Shown: piece by piece, positions 10,833-22,717 of the stretch
Layout: the number at the start of each line of letters is the position of its first letter
Numbering within the stretch: the stretch's first letter is position 1
Assembly: GCF_000306885.1 (NCBI RefSeq)
Contig: NC_018267.1
Coordinates: forward strand, 180,001 to 212,000
Direction: 5' to 3'
Origin: Wolbachia endosymbiont of Onchocerca ochengi
GTDB lineage: Bacteria; Pseudomonadota; Alphaproteobacteria; Rickettsiales; Anaplasmataceae
DNA length: 32,000 bases
The notes under the pieces: generated by a model
Databases searched by the model: none
Told to the model about the DNA's origin: nothing
The model's input: the letters and a program-made list of their open reading frames with translations, nothing else
Made by a program: the position numbers and the translations under genes

Positions 10833-11426
10833 TCAAGGGTATAGCTGTTCTATTTTCCAATCGCTTCTCGCAACAAGAGTATATCTAAATCTAATATGCC
10901 TCCTGTACTCACCCTCTTGCCAGAATTCAATTACTTTTGGAATTACGTAAAATCCTACCCAAAAACCAGGGCAGGGAACTTGTGCATTATCAAATTCCTT
11001 CTCCTTGAGTTCGATAGCTCGCTTGAAATTTTGCCAATCTTCCAGAACGCTCGATTGTTTTGAGCACCATGAACTAATTTGACTATTGCGTGCTCGGGAA
11101 GAAAAGTATTTACCAGCTTGCTCGCCATCTAAAAGCTTAACATCTCCTTCGATTCGAACTTGTCTAGAAAACTCTATCCAGTGAAATACTAATGCAGCTT
11201 TGGGATTTTCAGTCAATTCTCTTCCTTTTCTACTATTCACGTTAGTGAAGAACGTAAAGCCTTTTTCACCGTATTCCTTGAGTAATACCACTCTTGCAGA
11301 TGGAATACAGTCTTTGCTGCAAGTCGCCAACGTCATTGCAGTTGGCTCTTTACATAAAGAATCAAGTACTGCTTTATACCACCTTGAAAATAAACTAAGC
11401 GGATCTTTTTCAGGTGAGAATGTCAT
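10833..11426 (-). CDS. pdxH: Pyridoxamine 5'-phosphate oxidase
   Basis: 197 aa. LFSRWYKAV...PSARVVLLKEY...FFTN..SRKG.EL..NP.AALVFHW...RQVRIEG...IEFWQEGEYRRHIRFRY matches the PdxH family end to end. Confidence 0.93.
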   Translation of the reverse strand: MTFSPEKDPLSLFSRWYKAVLDSLCKEPTAMTLATCSKDCIPSARVVLLKEYGEKGFTFFTNVNSRKGRELTENPKAALVFHWIEFSRQVRIEGDVKLLDGEQAGKYFSSRARNSQISSWCSKQSSVLEDWQNFKRAIELKEKEFDNAQVPCPGFWVGFYVIPKVIEFWQEGEYRRHIRFRYTLVARSDWKIEQLYP

Positions 11427-11441
11427 ATCTAAAAATAAAAC

Positions 11442-12257
11442 TTAGTTCTGGCATGCATTGCAAAAATAAGTGCTACGGCCATTTTGGCGTATAAGTGTTA
11501 TAATGTTATTACAAACTTTGCAAGGCTTTTGAACTCTACCATATACATAAAAACCATTTTGGAAACATCCGACAGATCCAGATGGCTGTGCATAATTTCT
11601 CAACGTCGAACCGCCTGCAGTAATTGCATCATTTAGAACATTTTTTATTTCAGTAGCGAGTCTTTCGCACTCTTTGTACTTCAAATCCTGTGCCGGCCTG
11701 AATGGTGATATGCGGGCTCTAAATAAACTCTCAGAAGCATATATGTTACCCACACCAACTATCAGTCTATTATTCATTAATACTGATTTAACATTTGCTT
11801 TTCTGTTTTTCAGCAATCTCTGTAAATAGTCTCCATTGAATTCATCTGTGAGAGGCTCTATTCCAAAATCATTGAAAAAGCTTACTTTTTCCTCTTCTTT
11901 CAAAATAATAACTAATCCAAATCTTCTTGGATCATGAAAGATTATTGAAGTATTGTCGGAAAATAAAAATATCACATGATCATGTTTATTCCGTGCTCGA
12001 TCATCTTCAGCATATATAAGCTTCCCACTCATACCAAGATGCATAACTACAGCTGTATCATTGTCTATACACCAGATTATATACTTACCCCTACGTTCAA
12101 TATTACTTATGCATCTGTTCTTTAGCACATCATCAATATTTTTTATTACTGGCACACGCATCCTCCAATTATTGACTGTTACATTGCTTATTTGCTTGCT
12201 TTTTATCTTATTAAGCAAAAAATTAGAGATCACTTCTACTTCAGGCAGTTCTGGCAT
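11442..12257 (-). CDS. mutM: Formamidopyrimidine-DNA glycosylase (Fpg/MutM)
   Basis: 271 aa. It has the catalytic N-terminus MPELPEVE, an H2TH region, and a C-terminal zinc finger (CKVCNN...YFCNACQ). Its stop lies 15 nt upstream of the pdxH start. Confidence 0.95.
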   Translation of the reverse strand: MPELPEVEVISNFLLNKIKSKQISNVTVNNWRMRVPVIKNIDDVLKNRCISNIERRGKYIIWCIDNDTAVVMHLGMSGKLIYAEDDRARNKHDHVIFLFSDNTSIIFHDPRRFGLVIILKEEEKVSFFNDFGIEPLTDEFNGDYLQRLLKNRKANVKSVLMNNRLIVGVGNIYASESLFRARISPFRPAQDLKYKECERLATEIKNVLNDAITAGGSTLRNYAQPSGSVGCFQNGFYVYGRVQKPCKVCNNIITLIRQNGRSTYFCNACQN

Positions 12258-12273
12258 AATACCTTCTCAAAAC

Positions 12274-12501
12274 TTAAGTTTTTGGTGGTAATTTTACTGT
12301 TAAAGTTTCCTCAAATACGCTTAGGTATTCCACAGAGCTTTTTTCCAAAAACTTCTCATCATAAACAAATTTTGAAAGTAATCTGTTTTGTCTAATTTGC
12401 TGCTGTTTTTTTCTTTTTAGAATATTTTGCTTTAAAGCTTTCGCTAATCTTTTTCTCTCTTCTTCTTTCTTCTTATTCTTTTTTATGTTATTCATATACA
12501 T
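12274..12501 (-). CDS. Hypothetical small, highly basic (Lys/Arg/Gln-rich) protein
   Basis: 75-aa ORF with an ATG start that ends 16 nt upstream of mutM on the same strand. Support comes from operon position only. The composition is low-complexity and I recognise no family. Confidence 0.4.
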   Translation of the reverse strand: MYMNNIKKNKKKEEERKRLAKALKQNILKRKKQQQIRQNRLLSKFVYDEKFLEKSSVEYLSVFEETLTVKLPPKT

Positions 12502-12508
12502 AAACCCT

Positions 12509-12581
12509 GCCGTTATAGCTTAGATGGTAGAGCATGTCATTGGTAATGACAAGGTCCCAAGTTCAAGTCTTGGTAACGGCA
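12509..12581 (+). tRNA. tRNA-Thr (anticodon GGU)
   Basis: Folds as a cloverleaf: gccgtta/ta/gctt/agatggta/gagc/a/tgtca/ttGGTaa/tgaca/aggtc/ccaag/ttcaagt/cttgg/taacggc/a. CCA is not encoded. Confidence 0.93.
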
Positions 12582-12617
12582 CACTGACTATATCCAAAAT
12601 AAAAACTTAGAAGAAAA

Positions 12618-14150
<1,533 letters not shown>

Positions 14151-14253
14151 ATCAAAAAAAGTGAATTTTCATTTAATAAAGTATACATTACTTTTTTGAA
14201 GTGCAAAAAATTCTGTTCCTGATATAAATAAGCTTCTTAAGTAAGAAATATAA

Positions 14254-15095
14254 ATGAAGCTATAAATAACAAGTAAAAAGTTCAGGGCAACATTTGTATT
14301 GTCTTGTTTGCTTTTTCGGTTAAGTGCTTATCTAACAGCATTTAAACGAATAACTTAGAAAAATTTCTATTTTAGAGCTAACACCTCAAAATATTACCTA
14401 ATAATATAGAAAGTCTAAGAGGGAAAATGCAGACAATATACAACACAAAAGGAGTTTTTAGCTTCAATAGCAAAGAGAAAATTGAAGCTGGCTATAAATC
14501 CTAAGTATATGGTTCCAGGATTTTTGCTGCAGCAATAAAAACAGAGCATTTATTGAGCATATAAGAGTTGAATTTGAAAGCTTATATTCTTCAAACTAAA
14601 TTATTCAATGGAAACTATGAGAATAAAAGTAACTTAAAGTACGTAAACTTAGCTATGACCAAAAGTACCCTGCTAGAGGAAAATGTGATCCACGCTAGAA
14701 GAGTATTAAGTTTCTCGAGAAGCAGAAAAATAATGTTAGGATAGATATTAAAAAGTGTGATAACGCTAATGCAGACTAGACATTAGAGTAGATTTTTAGA
14801 GTCGCATTTAAAATGAAAAATGAAGGCTTAAATAATTTAGCTGGGTGACCAATATATATTACAACTTTAATAAAGAAAGAATGTAATTTGCTCCGTACGT
14901 TGGTGGAGGATTAACTAAGGTCAAGTTTCATAAGAAAAATAAGATATTCATTTGTTTATCAAGCAAAATTTGGTGTTAATTGATCAATTTACAACATACA
15001 ACATAAATGAAGATTTACCGTTTCGCACTACTCTTAGTATTCCTAGGAATAAGTTTACAAGATTTTTAGGCTTTGGGTTAGATTATCATTCTTAG
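14254..15095 (+). pseudogene. Heavily decayed full-length P28/OMP-1/MAP1-family (Surface_Ag_2, PF01617-type) outer-membrane protein gene
   Basis: Seven blocks characteristic of Ehrlichia P28/OMP-1 proteins appear in the right order, spread over three frames with many stops. They are KNFYF (14359), GVFSFNSKEK (14451; cf. HFGVFSAKEE), IFAAAIK..IRVEFESLY (about 14520-14590; cf. GFAGAIGY...RIELEVSY), KNEGL (14816), FAPYVGGGL (14887; cf. FSPYICAGIG), FVYQAKFGV (14951; cf. SYQGKLGLSY) and a terminal LGFGLDYHS* (to 15095). The total span of about 280 codons equals the family length. Confidence 0.82.
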
Positions 15096-15757
15096 TCTAA
15101 TATTTCAGGTAGCAGTGTAGTGAGACAGAAAGTAGTTAAACAGATTGTTTTGCTGTAGTGACTTTAATCTGAGCTTACTGAGAACTTGTTTACTTGGCAG
15201 TAGTTGTTAAAAGATACTGTCACAACAATTCTGTTGTGAAAAGCTTTTTCAGTTTCTTTAAAGAGTTCTGCCAATGAGCACTTCTAAGTGCTCTAAATAA
15301 TATTCTAAGATTACTAGAATAGAATATACAAAAACCTCATAATAATCTCAGCTATTTAAAGATAAAAAACAAAGGTGTCATTTTGTTTTTTTAGGCTTAA
15401 GCCAATAACATGCGTAATCCAAAATTGTAGACATAATAGTCTATCTATAAAAAGAAGGACTTAACAAAATATAGTATATACACAATAGAAATTAAGCATG
15501 CATACACACCTACACACCTTGAAGAAGGATACACACACTTTTTACTAAATTTTGCTTTTAGTTGAGAAACCTATAAGTAAATATGATAGACTTTGTACTT
15601 TAAAATACCGACGCTATTAGTACGGTAGAGCTATAAAAACACGCTAAGCAATTTTTTCCAATATAACCAACGTAGATATTTCATTATTGCATTTCCAAAC
15701 ATTTCATTCTTTTTATAGAAACATTTTAAGCTTTTTCTCTACTTTTTCTCAGTAAGA

Positions 15758-16375
15758 TCAATCAGCTATAAAATTACATATGTTGATCGCTATAAAATCA
15801 CATAATTGCTTTGTAGGATTGTGTCCTGTAATAATTACTATACCATTTTGTTCAGAACGTGTTGAGATCAGATTTAGTACCAATTCACACGTTGTGCTAT
15901 CAAGATTACAAAACGGCTCATCTATCAGCCAAATATTTGCATTAGAAATCAAAAGGCGAGCAAGAGCAACTCTCTTTTTCCATCCTGCAGAAAGTTCACC
16001 GTATCTAATATTAAGTACAGGTTGTAACTGTAAACAATAAATAGCCGCCATAGTTAATTCTCTAGTATCCCGTATTCCTGCCCAGAATTCTATGTTTTGA
16101 GCAACAGTTAAGCTATTCTTACAGGCGTTTTTATGTCCCACATAGACCATAGAAGATACATAAGGTTGTAGGTCACTATATATATCTTTTCCACAGTATC
16201 TTATACTACCTAATACTGGTGGCAAGAGCCCAGACAAGCTTCTAATTAAGCTGGTTTTACCACTACCATTTGGACCAGTAATTAAAATCTTTGATTTCGG
16301 CTCAGCTTTGAAACTAAGATTTTTAAATAATATTCTGCTATTGCGAGCGCAGGATAAATCTTCACATTCAAGCAT
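15758..16375 (-). CDS. ccmA: Cytochrome c biogenesis heme-exporter ATP-binding protein CcmA
   Basis: 205 aa ABC ATPase with Walker A GPNGSGKTS, signature LSAGWKKR and Walker B IWLIDEP. Its size and sequence are typical of CcmA rather than a generic ABC protein. Confidence 0.87.
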   Translation of the reverse strand: MLECEDLSCARNSRILFKNLSFKAEPKSKILITGPNGSGKTSLIRSLSGLLPPVLGSIRYCGKDIYSDLQPYVSSMVYVGHKNACKNSLTVAQNIEFWAGIRDTRELTMAAIYCLQLQPVLNIRYGELSAGWKKRVALARLLISNANIWLIDEPFCNLDSTTCELVLNLISTRSEQNGIVIITGHNPTKQLCDFIAINICNFIAD

Positions 16376-16378
16376 GGA

Positions 16379-16810
16379 TTATCTACCTTTCCCTTTATGC
16401 TTCTCACTGGTTGAAGCCTGAGCTTTTATAAACAGTTCCCAAAATCCTTTCTGCCTACCTTCTCTATGCATCAATAGAGCAAAATGCTGCATTAGATTAC
16501 TACCAATTACAACCATTTTTGTCCATTTACCTACTGGTTTTACTATATCAAGTATCTTTGAATCCTCATTGTAAACCTGTATATCCTTTTGCTTCTTACG
16601 TAACATTTCTTGACGTTTCATCAGCTCTTTTCGCTTGTTTTTTTGATATAATTCATTATATTTTCTATTTTCTTCGCATTCTTCTTTAAGAACCTCTTTA
16701 GAAAATAGGATTTTCCTAACCCAATCTCTATATTTTTTTCTAAAAAAAAGAAATACTATAGCCATGGCAAGTAATACCACGCTACATACAATGATTTGTC
16801 CAAATGACAT
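16379..16810 (-). CDS. Hypothetical membrane-anchored protein (N-terminal TM helix, Lys/Glu-rich coiled region)
   Basis: 143-aa ORF with an ATG start that ends 3 nt before the ccmA start codon. It has an N-terminal hydrophobic helix (IIVCSVVLLAMAIVFLFF). The ordered-looking C-terminal part (KPVGKWTKMVVIGSNLMQHFALLMHREG..GFWELFIKAQ) suggests a real protein. I recognise no family. Confidence 0.6.
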   Translation of the reverse strand: MSFGQIIVCSVVLLAMAIVFLFFRKKYRDWVRKILFSKEVLKEECEENRKYNELYQKNKRKELMKRQEMLRKKQKDIQVYNEDSKILDIVKPVGKWTKMVVIGSNLMQHFALLMHREGRQKGFWELFIKAQASTSEKHKGKGR

Positions 16811-16978
16811 TTTTGTACTCAGCTTATTTAAAGGGCCATCTGTAATTATACTTTAACTATAGAAATTTCACAATCTTTTGTACAGAAATGTAGTATGAAA
16901 GATGATATTAGAAAGCACCATTAAACTTCAGAACTTTCCTTTATTTCAAAAATCATACAAATACCCAAGTAAATGAGC

Positions 16979-17007
16979 TTGTATGGGACAATATTTATTC
17001 TTATACT
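16979..17007 (+). promoter_or_regulatory. Candidate sigma-70-type promoter upstream of aspS
   Basis: TTGTAT (16979-16984), a 17-nt spacer, then TATACT (17002-17007), ending 26 nt before the aspS ATG. It lies in the divergent intergenic region between the 143-aa ORF and aspS. Confidence 0.3.
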
Positions 17008-17032
17008 TCTTTAAAATACCGCTACAACAAAT

Positions 17033-18832
17033 ATGAACTGCTATAAAACTCATACCTGCAATGAATTAAGAAAGGATGATGTAGAAAAGGAAGTTACTCT
17101 TTCTGGATGGCTATACCACAAACGTAACCATGGTAATCTCATCTTTGTTGACTTAAGAGACTTCTACGGAATTACTCAGCTAGTATTCAACAATGACAAA
17201 GACTTTTTCAATGAAATATCAAATTTAAAATCAGAGAGTGTGATTACTGTTACAGGAATAGTCAAAGCTAGAACTGAAGATACAGTAAACAGCTCTATTT
17301 CCACAGGAGAAATTGAGGTTATAGTTAGTAAATTGCACATTGAATCGAAAGTTGAGTTTCATTGTGACGAAGAAATAGCAAAAGAGGAAAAAAGCATATT
17401 AGCAAGTATCTCTGGCAAACAAGAATACCGAGAAAATATGAGATTTAAATATCGGTTTCTTGACTTAAGGCGGGAAAAAGTTCGCAATAACATCATTTTG
17501 CGCTCACAAATCATTGCAGAACTACGTAGACTCATGATAGAACAAGGTTTTTTAGAAATTCAAACTCCAATACTCACTGCTTCATCTCCTGAAGGAGCAC
17601 GCGATTATTTAGTTCCAAGCAGACTAAATCCTGGTAAATTCTATGCATTACCACAAGCTCCACAAATTTTTAAACAACTGCTCATGGTGTCAGGATTCGA
17701 TAAATATTTTCAAATTGCACCATGTTTCCGTGATGAAGACACAAGATCTGACCGTTCTGGAGAATTTTATCAGCTAGATCTTGAAATGTCTTTTGTGACT
17801 CAAGAAGACATATTTCAAGTCATCGAAACTACTTTATACAAGGTGTTCACTAAATTTTCTTGCAAGTCAGTCGACAAGAACTTTCCACGCATTACATATA
17901 AAGAAGCAATGCTCAAATATGGCTCTGACAAACCAGATCTACGTAATCCATTATCAATTAGTGATGTTACAGAAGTTTTCCGTGATTCAAAGTTCAATAT
18001 CTTCAAAAGCAACATTGAGAAGGGTATGGTAGTTAGAGCCATTCCCGCTCCCAAAACAGCAAAGGAGTCACGGAGCTTTTTTGATAAAAAAATAGAGCAT
18101 GTGCAAAAAGAATTCGGAGCTAAAGGTCTTGGATATATAACGTTTGATAAAGATGGTACTATAAAAGGACCAATTGCCAAATTCTTTGATAAAAATAAGA
18201 TAAATCATATAAGAGAAATAACAAATGTAAAGCCTGGAGATAGCATATTTTTTACTTCCGATAAAGAAAATGAAGCAGCAATAATTGCAGGAAAAGTGCG
18301 TACCCTTTTAGGATCAGAATTAGGTCTTATAGATAAAAATGTTTTCAAATTCTGTTGGATTATTGACTTTCCATATTTTGTGTATGATTATAAAAATAAA
18401 AAAATTAATTTTTTTCATAACCCATTTTCTATGCCACATGGTGGCTTAAAAGATCTGGAGGAAAGAAATCCACTGTACATTCTTGCTTACCAATATGATC
18501 TCGTTTGTAATGGAATAGAACTATCAAGCGGAGCAATTCGCAATAACAAACTAGATATTATGTATAAAGCTTTTGCCATTTCAGGCTATAGTAAAGAAGA
18601 AGTCGACACAAAATTTAGTGCACTCGTGCGTGCATTCAGATTTGGAGTACCACCTCATGGTGGAATAGCACCGGGAGTTGACAGAATGGTTATGCTGCTC
18701 GCTGATGAGCCAAACATTCGTGAAGTGATCTGTTTTCCTATGAACCAACAAGGTGAAGATGTTCTAATGGGCGCTCCTTCTAAGGTAAAAAGTAGACATT
18801 TACATGAATTATTCTTGCAGGTTATTGATTAA
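17033..18832 (+). CDS. aspS: Aspartyl-tRNA synthetase
   Basis: 599 aa bacterial-type AspRS with the class II motifs (FRDED...; [14 protein letters not shown]) and a GAD insertion domain. It is probably non-discriminating if the genome lacks AsnRS, as is typical for Rickettsiales. That point is inference. Confidence 0.97.
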   Translation: MNCYKTHTCNELRKDDVEKEVTLSGWLYHKRNHGNLIFVDLRDFYGITQLVFNNDKDFFNEISNLKSESVITVTGIVKARTEDTVNSSISTGEIEVIVSKLHIESKVEFHCDEEIAKEEKSILASISGKQEYRENMRFKYRFLDLRREKVRNNIILRSQIIAELRRLMIEQGFLEIQTPILTASSPEGARDYLVPSRLNPGKFYALPQAPQIFKQLLMVSGFDKYFQIAPCFRDEDTRSDRSGEFYQLDLEMSFVTQEDIFQVIETTLYKVFTKFSCKSVDKNFPRITYKEAMLKYGSDKPDLRNPLSISDVTEVFRDSKFNIFKSNIEKGMVVRAIPAPKTAKESRSFFDKKIEHVQKEFGAKGLGYITFDKDGTIKGPIAKFFDKNKINHIREITNVKPGDSIFFTSDKENEAAIIAGKVRTLLGSELGLIDKNVFKFCWIIDFPYFVYDYKNKKINFFHNPFSMPHGGLKDLEERNPLYILAYQYDLVCNGIELSSGAIRNNKLDIMYKAFAISGYSKEEVDTKFSALVRAFRFGVPPHGGIAPGVDRMVMLLADEPNIREVICFPMNQQGEDVLMGAPSKVKSRHLHELFLQVID

Positions 18833-18864
18833 CAGCACCCCAGATTATGTTAAATTGAAAAAGC

Positions 18865-20127
18865 GTGAATAACATCCAAAAAGCAATACTATCAGGTATA
18901 ATCTGCAATATAATTGTATGGTATGAATTAACTCTATTTGGAGTCTTGTCATATACAATAAGTGATGTTCTCTTTTCATCAGAAAATGAGCACGTAAAAA
19001 AAATCAAATTTCTTAGCAGCTTTGCAATTGGGTTTGGATTTAGGCCGCTTGGCGCATTTATTTTTGGCTACATTGGAGATAAATATGGCAGGAGGAAAGT
19101 TTTGCTAGCTTCTGTAATATTAGCTTCAATATCATCCACTGCAATTGCAGTAATACCAAGTGCAAAAAAAATAGGAATATTTTCCCCTATATTACTTCTG
19201 GTTTGTAGAATAATACAAGGAATGGCAACAGGCGGAGAAACAAGTATCAATTCAGCTTTTTTAATAGAGCACTCAAGCGATAAAAAAAATCTAGGTTTTT
19301 TAGGCAGCATGAAAGCTTTCAGTGGCGCGCTTGGTTCTATTACATGCTTTGTAATGATAGCTGTTTGCAAAAAACTTACAGGTGAAAATTATGAAATTTG
19401 GGGTTGGAAGTTACTCTTCTACTTCTGCTCTGTTATGGGCATAATAGGCTTTCTAACAAGATACATAATAGAGGAAAGCTTAGCCTACAAAATACACAGT
19501 CGAAATAAAAACTTGTTTCACTCACCATTTCTAGAATTGCTCAAGGAGTATAAAAGAGTATTTGCAATAGCAATTGGAGTTGGCATTGCTCAGAATGCAA
19601 TCATTTATTCAGTAATCATGTTTTACAATATATCTGTAAAAGAACTTATCCTATCAGGCATCGATATTAAAAATGTAGTAAGGATCATAGTTGAAATTAT
19701 ATTCGGGTTGTCTGCAGTACTGCTTGCAATATTATCTGACAAAATTGGAAGAAAAAATGTGATGATTCCCACATTAATAATTTTAGCTTGTGCCAGTTTA
19801 CCAGTCCTTCAGCTATTATCATACGATAACCATTGCATTATAATGCTTACTTTTCTATTAATAAGCATACCGGTAGGTGCATCCTTTGGAATATGCAATT
19901 CTCTCGTTTGTGAATTATTCCCAACAAAGATTAGATGTACTGGCTTTAGTTTAGCTCACAACATATCTGCAGGGGTTTTCGGTGGTATTTCTCCATCTGT
20001 ATGCATATGGCTTATAGAAAAAGCTAAAACAAAATTTGCCGCAGGTATTTATCTTACTGCCTGTGCATTAATTAGTCTGATATCTGTACTTCAAATCAAA
20101 GATAAAGACAAAAAAATTGATTGGTGA
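18865..20127 (+). CDS. MFS transporter, metabolite:H+ symporter family (ProP-like proline/betaine transporter)
   Basis: 420 aa with about 12 predicted hydrophobic segments. It has the MHS-type N-terminal region (WYELTLFG...FRPLGAFIFGYIGDKYGRRKVL). The start is GTG at 18865, 32 nt after the aspS stop. Confidence 0.85.
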   Translation: MNNIQKAILSGIICNIIVWYELTLFGVLSYTISDVLFSSENEHVKKIKFLSSFAIGFGFRPLGAFIFGYIGDKYGRRKVLLASVILASISSTAIAVIPSAKKIGIFSPILLLVCRIIQGMATGGETSINSAFLIEHSSDKKNLGFLGSMKAFSGALGSITCFVMIAVCKKLTGENYEIWGWKLLFYFCSVMGIIGFLTRYIIEESLAYKIHSRNKNLFHSPFLELLKEYKRVFAIAIGVGIAQNAIIYSVIMFYNISVKELILSGIDIKNVVRIIVEIIFGLSAVLLAILSDKIGRKNVMIPTLIILACASLPVLQLLSYDNHCIIMLTFLLISIPVGASFGICNSLVCELFPTKIRCTGFSLAHNISAGVFGGISPSVCIWLIEKAKTKFAAGIYLTACALISLISVLQIKDKDKKIDW

Positions 20128-20290
20128 AATTTTTCCTTCTAATAATGTTTTCCATATCTTAACCCACACTCCAACCTCCATATACACCTAGTTACAGTGC
20201 TGTGCTAATTTCTATGGTTCCATTAGAAAATGAAAATGTTTTGCTAATTAAGCAAGAACTAGCAAACGATTTTCTAATAGACAAGTTTTG

Positions 20291-20800
20291 CTATTTGGCA
20301 ATCAGAGCTAAAAAATATTGATTACCTTCCTGTTTAGGAGCTAATTCTACCTTTGCAATATCTTCGGTGTCTTTAATCAACCGTTCTAATTTCTCCAACC
20401 CAATTTCAGTGTTTATGAGCTCTCTACCTCTAAACTTCATTGTAATTTTAATCCTGTGTCCATGTCTAAGGAAGTCTCTTGCTTGACGTAATTTTGTTTC
20501 ATAGTCGTGATCACCAATATTAGGCCCTAGCTTAATCTCTTTTATAGTTAATATTTTTTGTTTCTTTTTTGCTTCACTTGCTTTCTTTTTTGCATCATAT
20601 TTTTGTTTACTGTAGTCCAAAATTTTACATACTGGAGGAGTCAAATCAGGCACAATTTCCACTAGATCTAAATCGACATTCTGCGCAGACTCTAAAGCCT
20701 GCTCTATTGCCACAACTCCAACCATATTACCATTTTGATCAACTAGACGTACCTCCTTAGCTGTAATAGATTTATTAATTCTGTTTTTTTTGATTTGCAA
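20291..20800 (-). CDS. infC: Translation initiation factor IF-3
   Basis: 169 aa containing ITAKEVRLVDQNGNMVGVV...LDLVEI......PVCKILDYSK..Y and the C-terminal domain KEIKLGPNIGDHDYETK. The only usable start is TTG (20798-20800), because an in-frame TAA lies two codons upstream and the first ATG is codon 26. Confidence 0.93.
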   Translation of the reverse strand: MQIKKNRINKSITAKEVRLVDQNGNMVGVVAIEQALESAQNVDLDLVEIVPDLTPPVCKILDYSKQKYDAKKKASEAKKKQKILTIKEIKLGPNIGDHDYETKLRQARDFLRHGHRIKITMKFRGRELINTEIGLEKLERLIKDTEDIAKVELAPKQEGNQYFLALIAK

Positions 20801-20810
20801 ACTTTAACCC

Positions 20811-22712
20811 TTAACTCAAATTAATATCTTTTAATAAAAGTTCAGCAGCTTTCTCATAAGAAAAAGATTCCTGTCTTTCTGATCCTAACTTCCTCACTGA
20901 CACAGTTTTACTTGCAACTTCATTTTTACCAACTATCCATAATATAGGAACCTTGTTTAAACTATGCAAGCGTATTTTATGACTAATTTTTTCACTAGTT
21001 AAATTGACTTTAACCCTAACACCTTGCTTTTTTAAAACATCGCTAATTTCTATAGCATAGCTGTCAACTTCATTTGTAACAGTTAGAATAGCAAGTTGTG
21101 TTGGGGCAAGCCACAATGGAAATTGTCCTGCATAATGTTCTATTAGAACTCCAATAAAACGTTCAAAAGTTCCAAAAATTGCTCTGTGTAGTATAATAGG
21201 ATGATGTTTTTGCCCATCTGCTCCTATATAAAAAGCTCCAAGACGTTCTGGCAAAATGAAATCAATTTGTAGCGTTCCACACTGCCAGTTCCTACCTATT
21301 GCATCTTTTAGAATAAACTCTAACTTTGGTCCATAAAATGCACCTTCACCTGAGTTAAGTTCATAACTTAAACCTGTTTTTTCGACAGCATCAAACAGCG
21401 CTCTTTCAGCTCTATTCCATACTTCATCACTTCCTGCTCTAATGTCTGGACGGTCTGAGAATTTTACAGAAATTTCATTGAATCCAAGCTCTGAGTATAC
21501 TTCTTTCAAAAGACCACAAAATTTCATAGTTTCAGAATTGACTTGCTCTTCCATACAAAAAATGTGCGCATCATCTTGTGTAAAGCCACGTACTCGCATC
21601 AGCCCATGCAATGAACCTGAGCTTTCATTCCTATGACACGTACCAAATTCTGCCATACGTATTGGTAAATCACGATAGCTTCTAGTATGAGAGTTGAAAA
21701 TCTGCACGTGACAAGGACAATTCATTGGTTTTATTGCTAGCTTTTCATTCTCAAGTTCACTAACAATAAACATATTTTCACGAAACTTACTCCAATGCCC
21801 AGACTTCTCCCACAGCTCCTTGTTTACTAAAATAGGAGTTTTTACTTCAAAATAACCATTATCTATTAATTTTTTTCTCATATAAGATTCAAGAATGCTA
21901 TACAAGATATAGCCCTGCTCATGCCAAAAAATTTGTCCTACAGCTTCCTCTTGAATGTGAAACAAGTCCATATCCTTAGCAATTTTGCGATGGTCACGTT
22001 TTTCTGCTTCTTCTAGACGTCCAAGATAAGCATTCAATTCATCCTTATTTCTCCACGCAGTGCCATATATTCGTTGCAATATTGGACTATTAGAATCACC
22101 ACGCCAGTATGCTCCTGCAACTTTCATAAGTTTGAACGCTTTAACCATGCCAGTTGAAGGAGAGTGTGGACCACGACATAAGTCAACAAAATCGCCTTGT
22201 CTATAGACAGTTAGATCCTCACTTTCTGGTATGCAAGAAATAATATCAACCTTATATTTTTCGCCTATATTACTGAAAAAATCAATTGCTTGCTTACGAG
22301 TCCAAACTTCTCTGACAAATCTGTAGTTACTTTTTATAATTCCTTCCATTTTTTTTTCTATTGTGGCAAGATCACCAGTAGTAAAGGTACGACCTATAGC
22401 AAAATCATAGTAGAAACCATCCTTAATTGTTGGACCAATAGCAACTTGAGTATTAGGAAAGAGCTCTTTCACCGCTTGAGCCATTATGTGAGCGGCATCA
22501 TGTCTTATTATATCTAAAGCCACTTCATCACTAAATTGTATTATCTCTATTTCCACGTCAGGTTCAATTGCATGTGATAAATCATATAACTCACCATTTA
22601 TCCTTAAGGCAATAGCTTCTCCTAAAAGACCTAGTTGTAATATATCAAAAATAGTAATTTTACTACTATATTTTTCTATTTTTTGTCCAGCTGAAAAGGT
22701 AACTTTTATCAT
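20811..22712 (-). CDS. thrS: Threonyl-tRNA synthetase
   Basis: Full-length ThrRS with TGS, second-additional, class II core and anticodon-binding domains (e.g. [40 protein letters not shown]-type motif present as [26 protein letters not shown]). The track ORF starts at a TTG (22724). I prefer the ATG at 22712 ([10 protein letters not shown]...), which aligns with ThrRS N-termini and lies 5 nt after the nuoI stop. Confidence 0.96.
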   Translation of the reverse strand: MIKVTFSAGQKIEKYSSKITIFDILQLGLLGEAIALRINGELYDLSHAIEPDVEIEIIQFSDEVALDIIRHDAAHIMAQAVKELFPNTQVAIGPTIKDGFYYDFAIGRTFTTGDLATIEKKMEGIIKSNYRFVREVWTRKQAIDFFSNIGEKYKVDIISCIPESEDLTVYRQGDFVDLCRGPHSPSTGMVKAFKLMKVAGAYWRGDSNSPILQRIYGTAWRNKDELNAYLGRLEEAEKRDHRKIAKDMDLFHIQEEAVGQIFWHEQGYILYSILESYMRKKLIDNGYFEVKTPILVNKELWEKSGHWSKFRENMFIVSELENEKLAIKPMNCPCHVQIFNSHTRSYRDLPIRMAEFGTCHRNESSGSLHGLMRVRGFTQDDAHIFCMEEQVNSETMKFCGLLKEVYSELGFNEISVKFSDRPDIRAGSDEVWNRAERALFDAVEKTGLSYELNSGEGAFYGPKLEFILKDAIGRNWQCGTLQIDFILPERLGAFYIGADGQKHHPIILHRAIFGTFERFIGVLIEHYAGQFPLWLAPTQLAILTVTNEVDSYAIEISDVLKKQGVRVKVNLTSEKISHKIRLHSLNKVPILWIVGKNEVASKTVSVRKLGSERQESFSYEKAAELLLKDINLS

Positions 22713-22717
22713 CAGTT

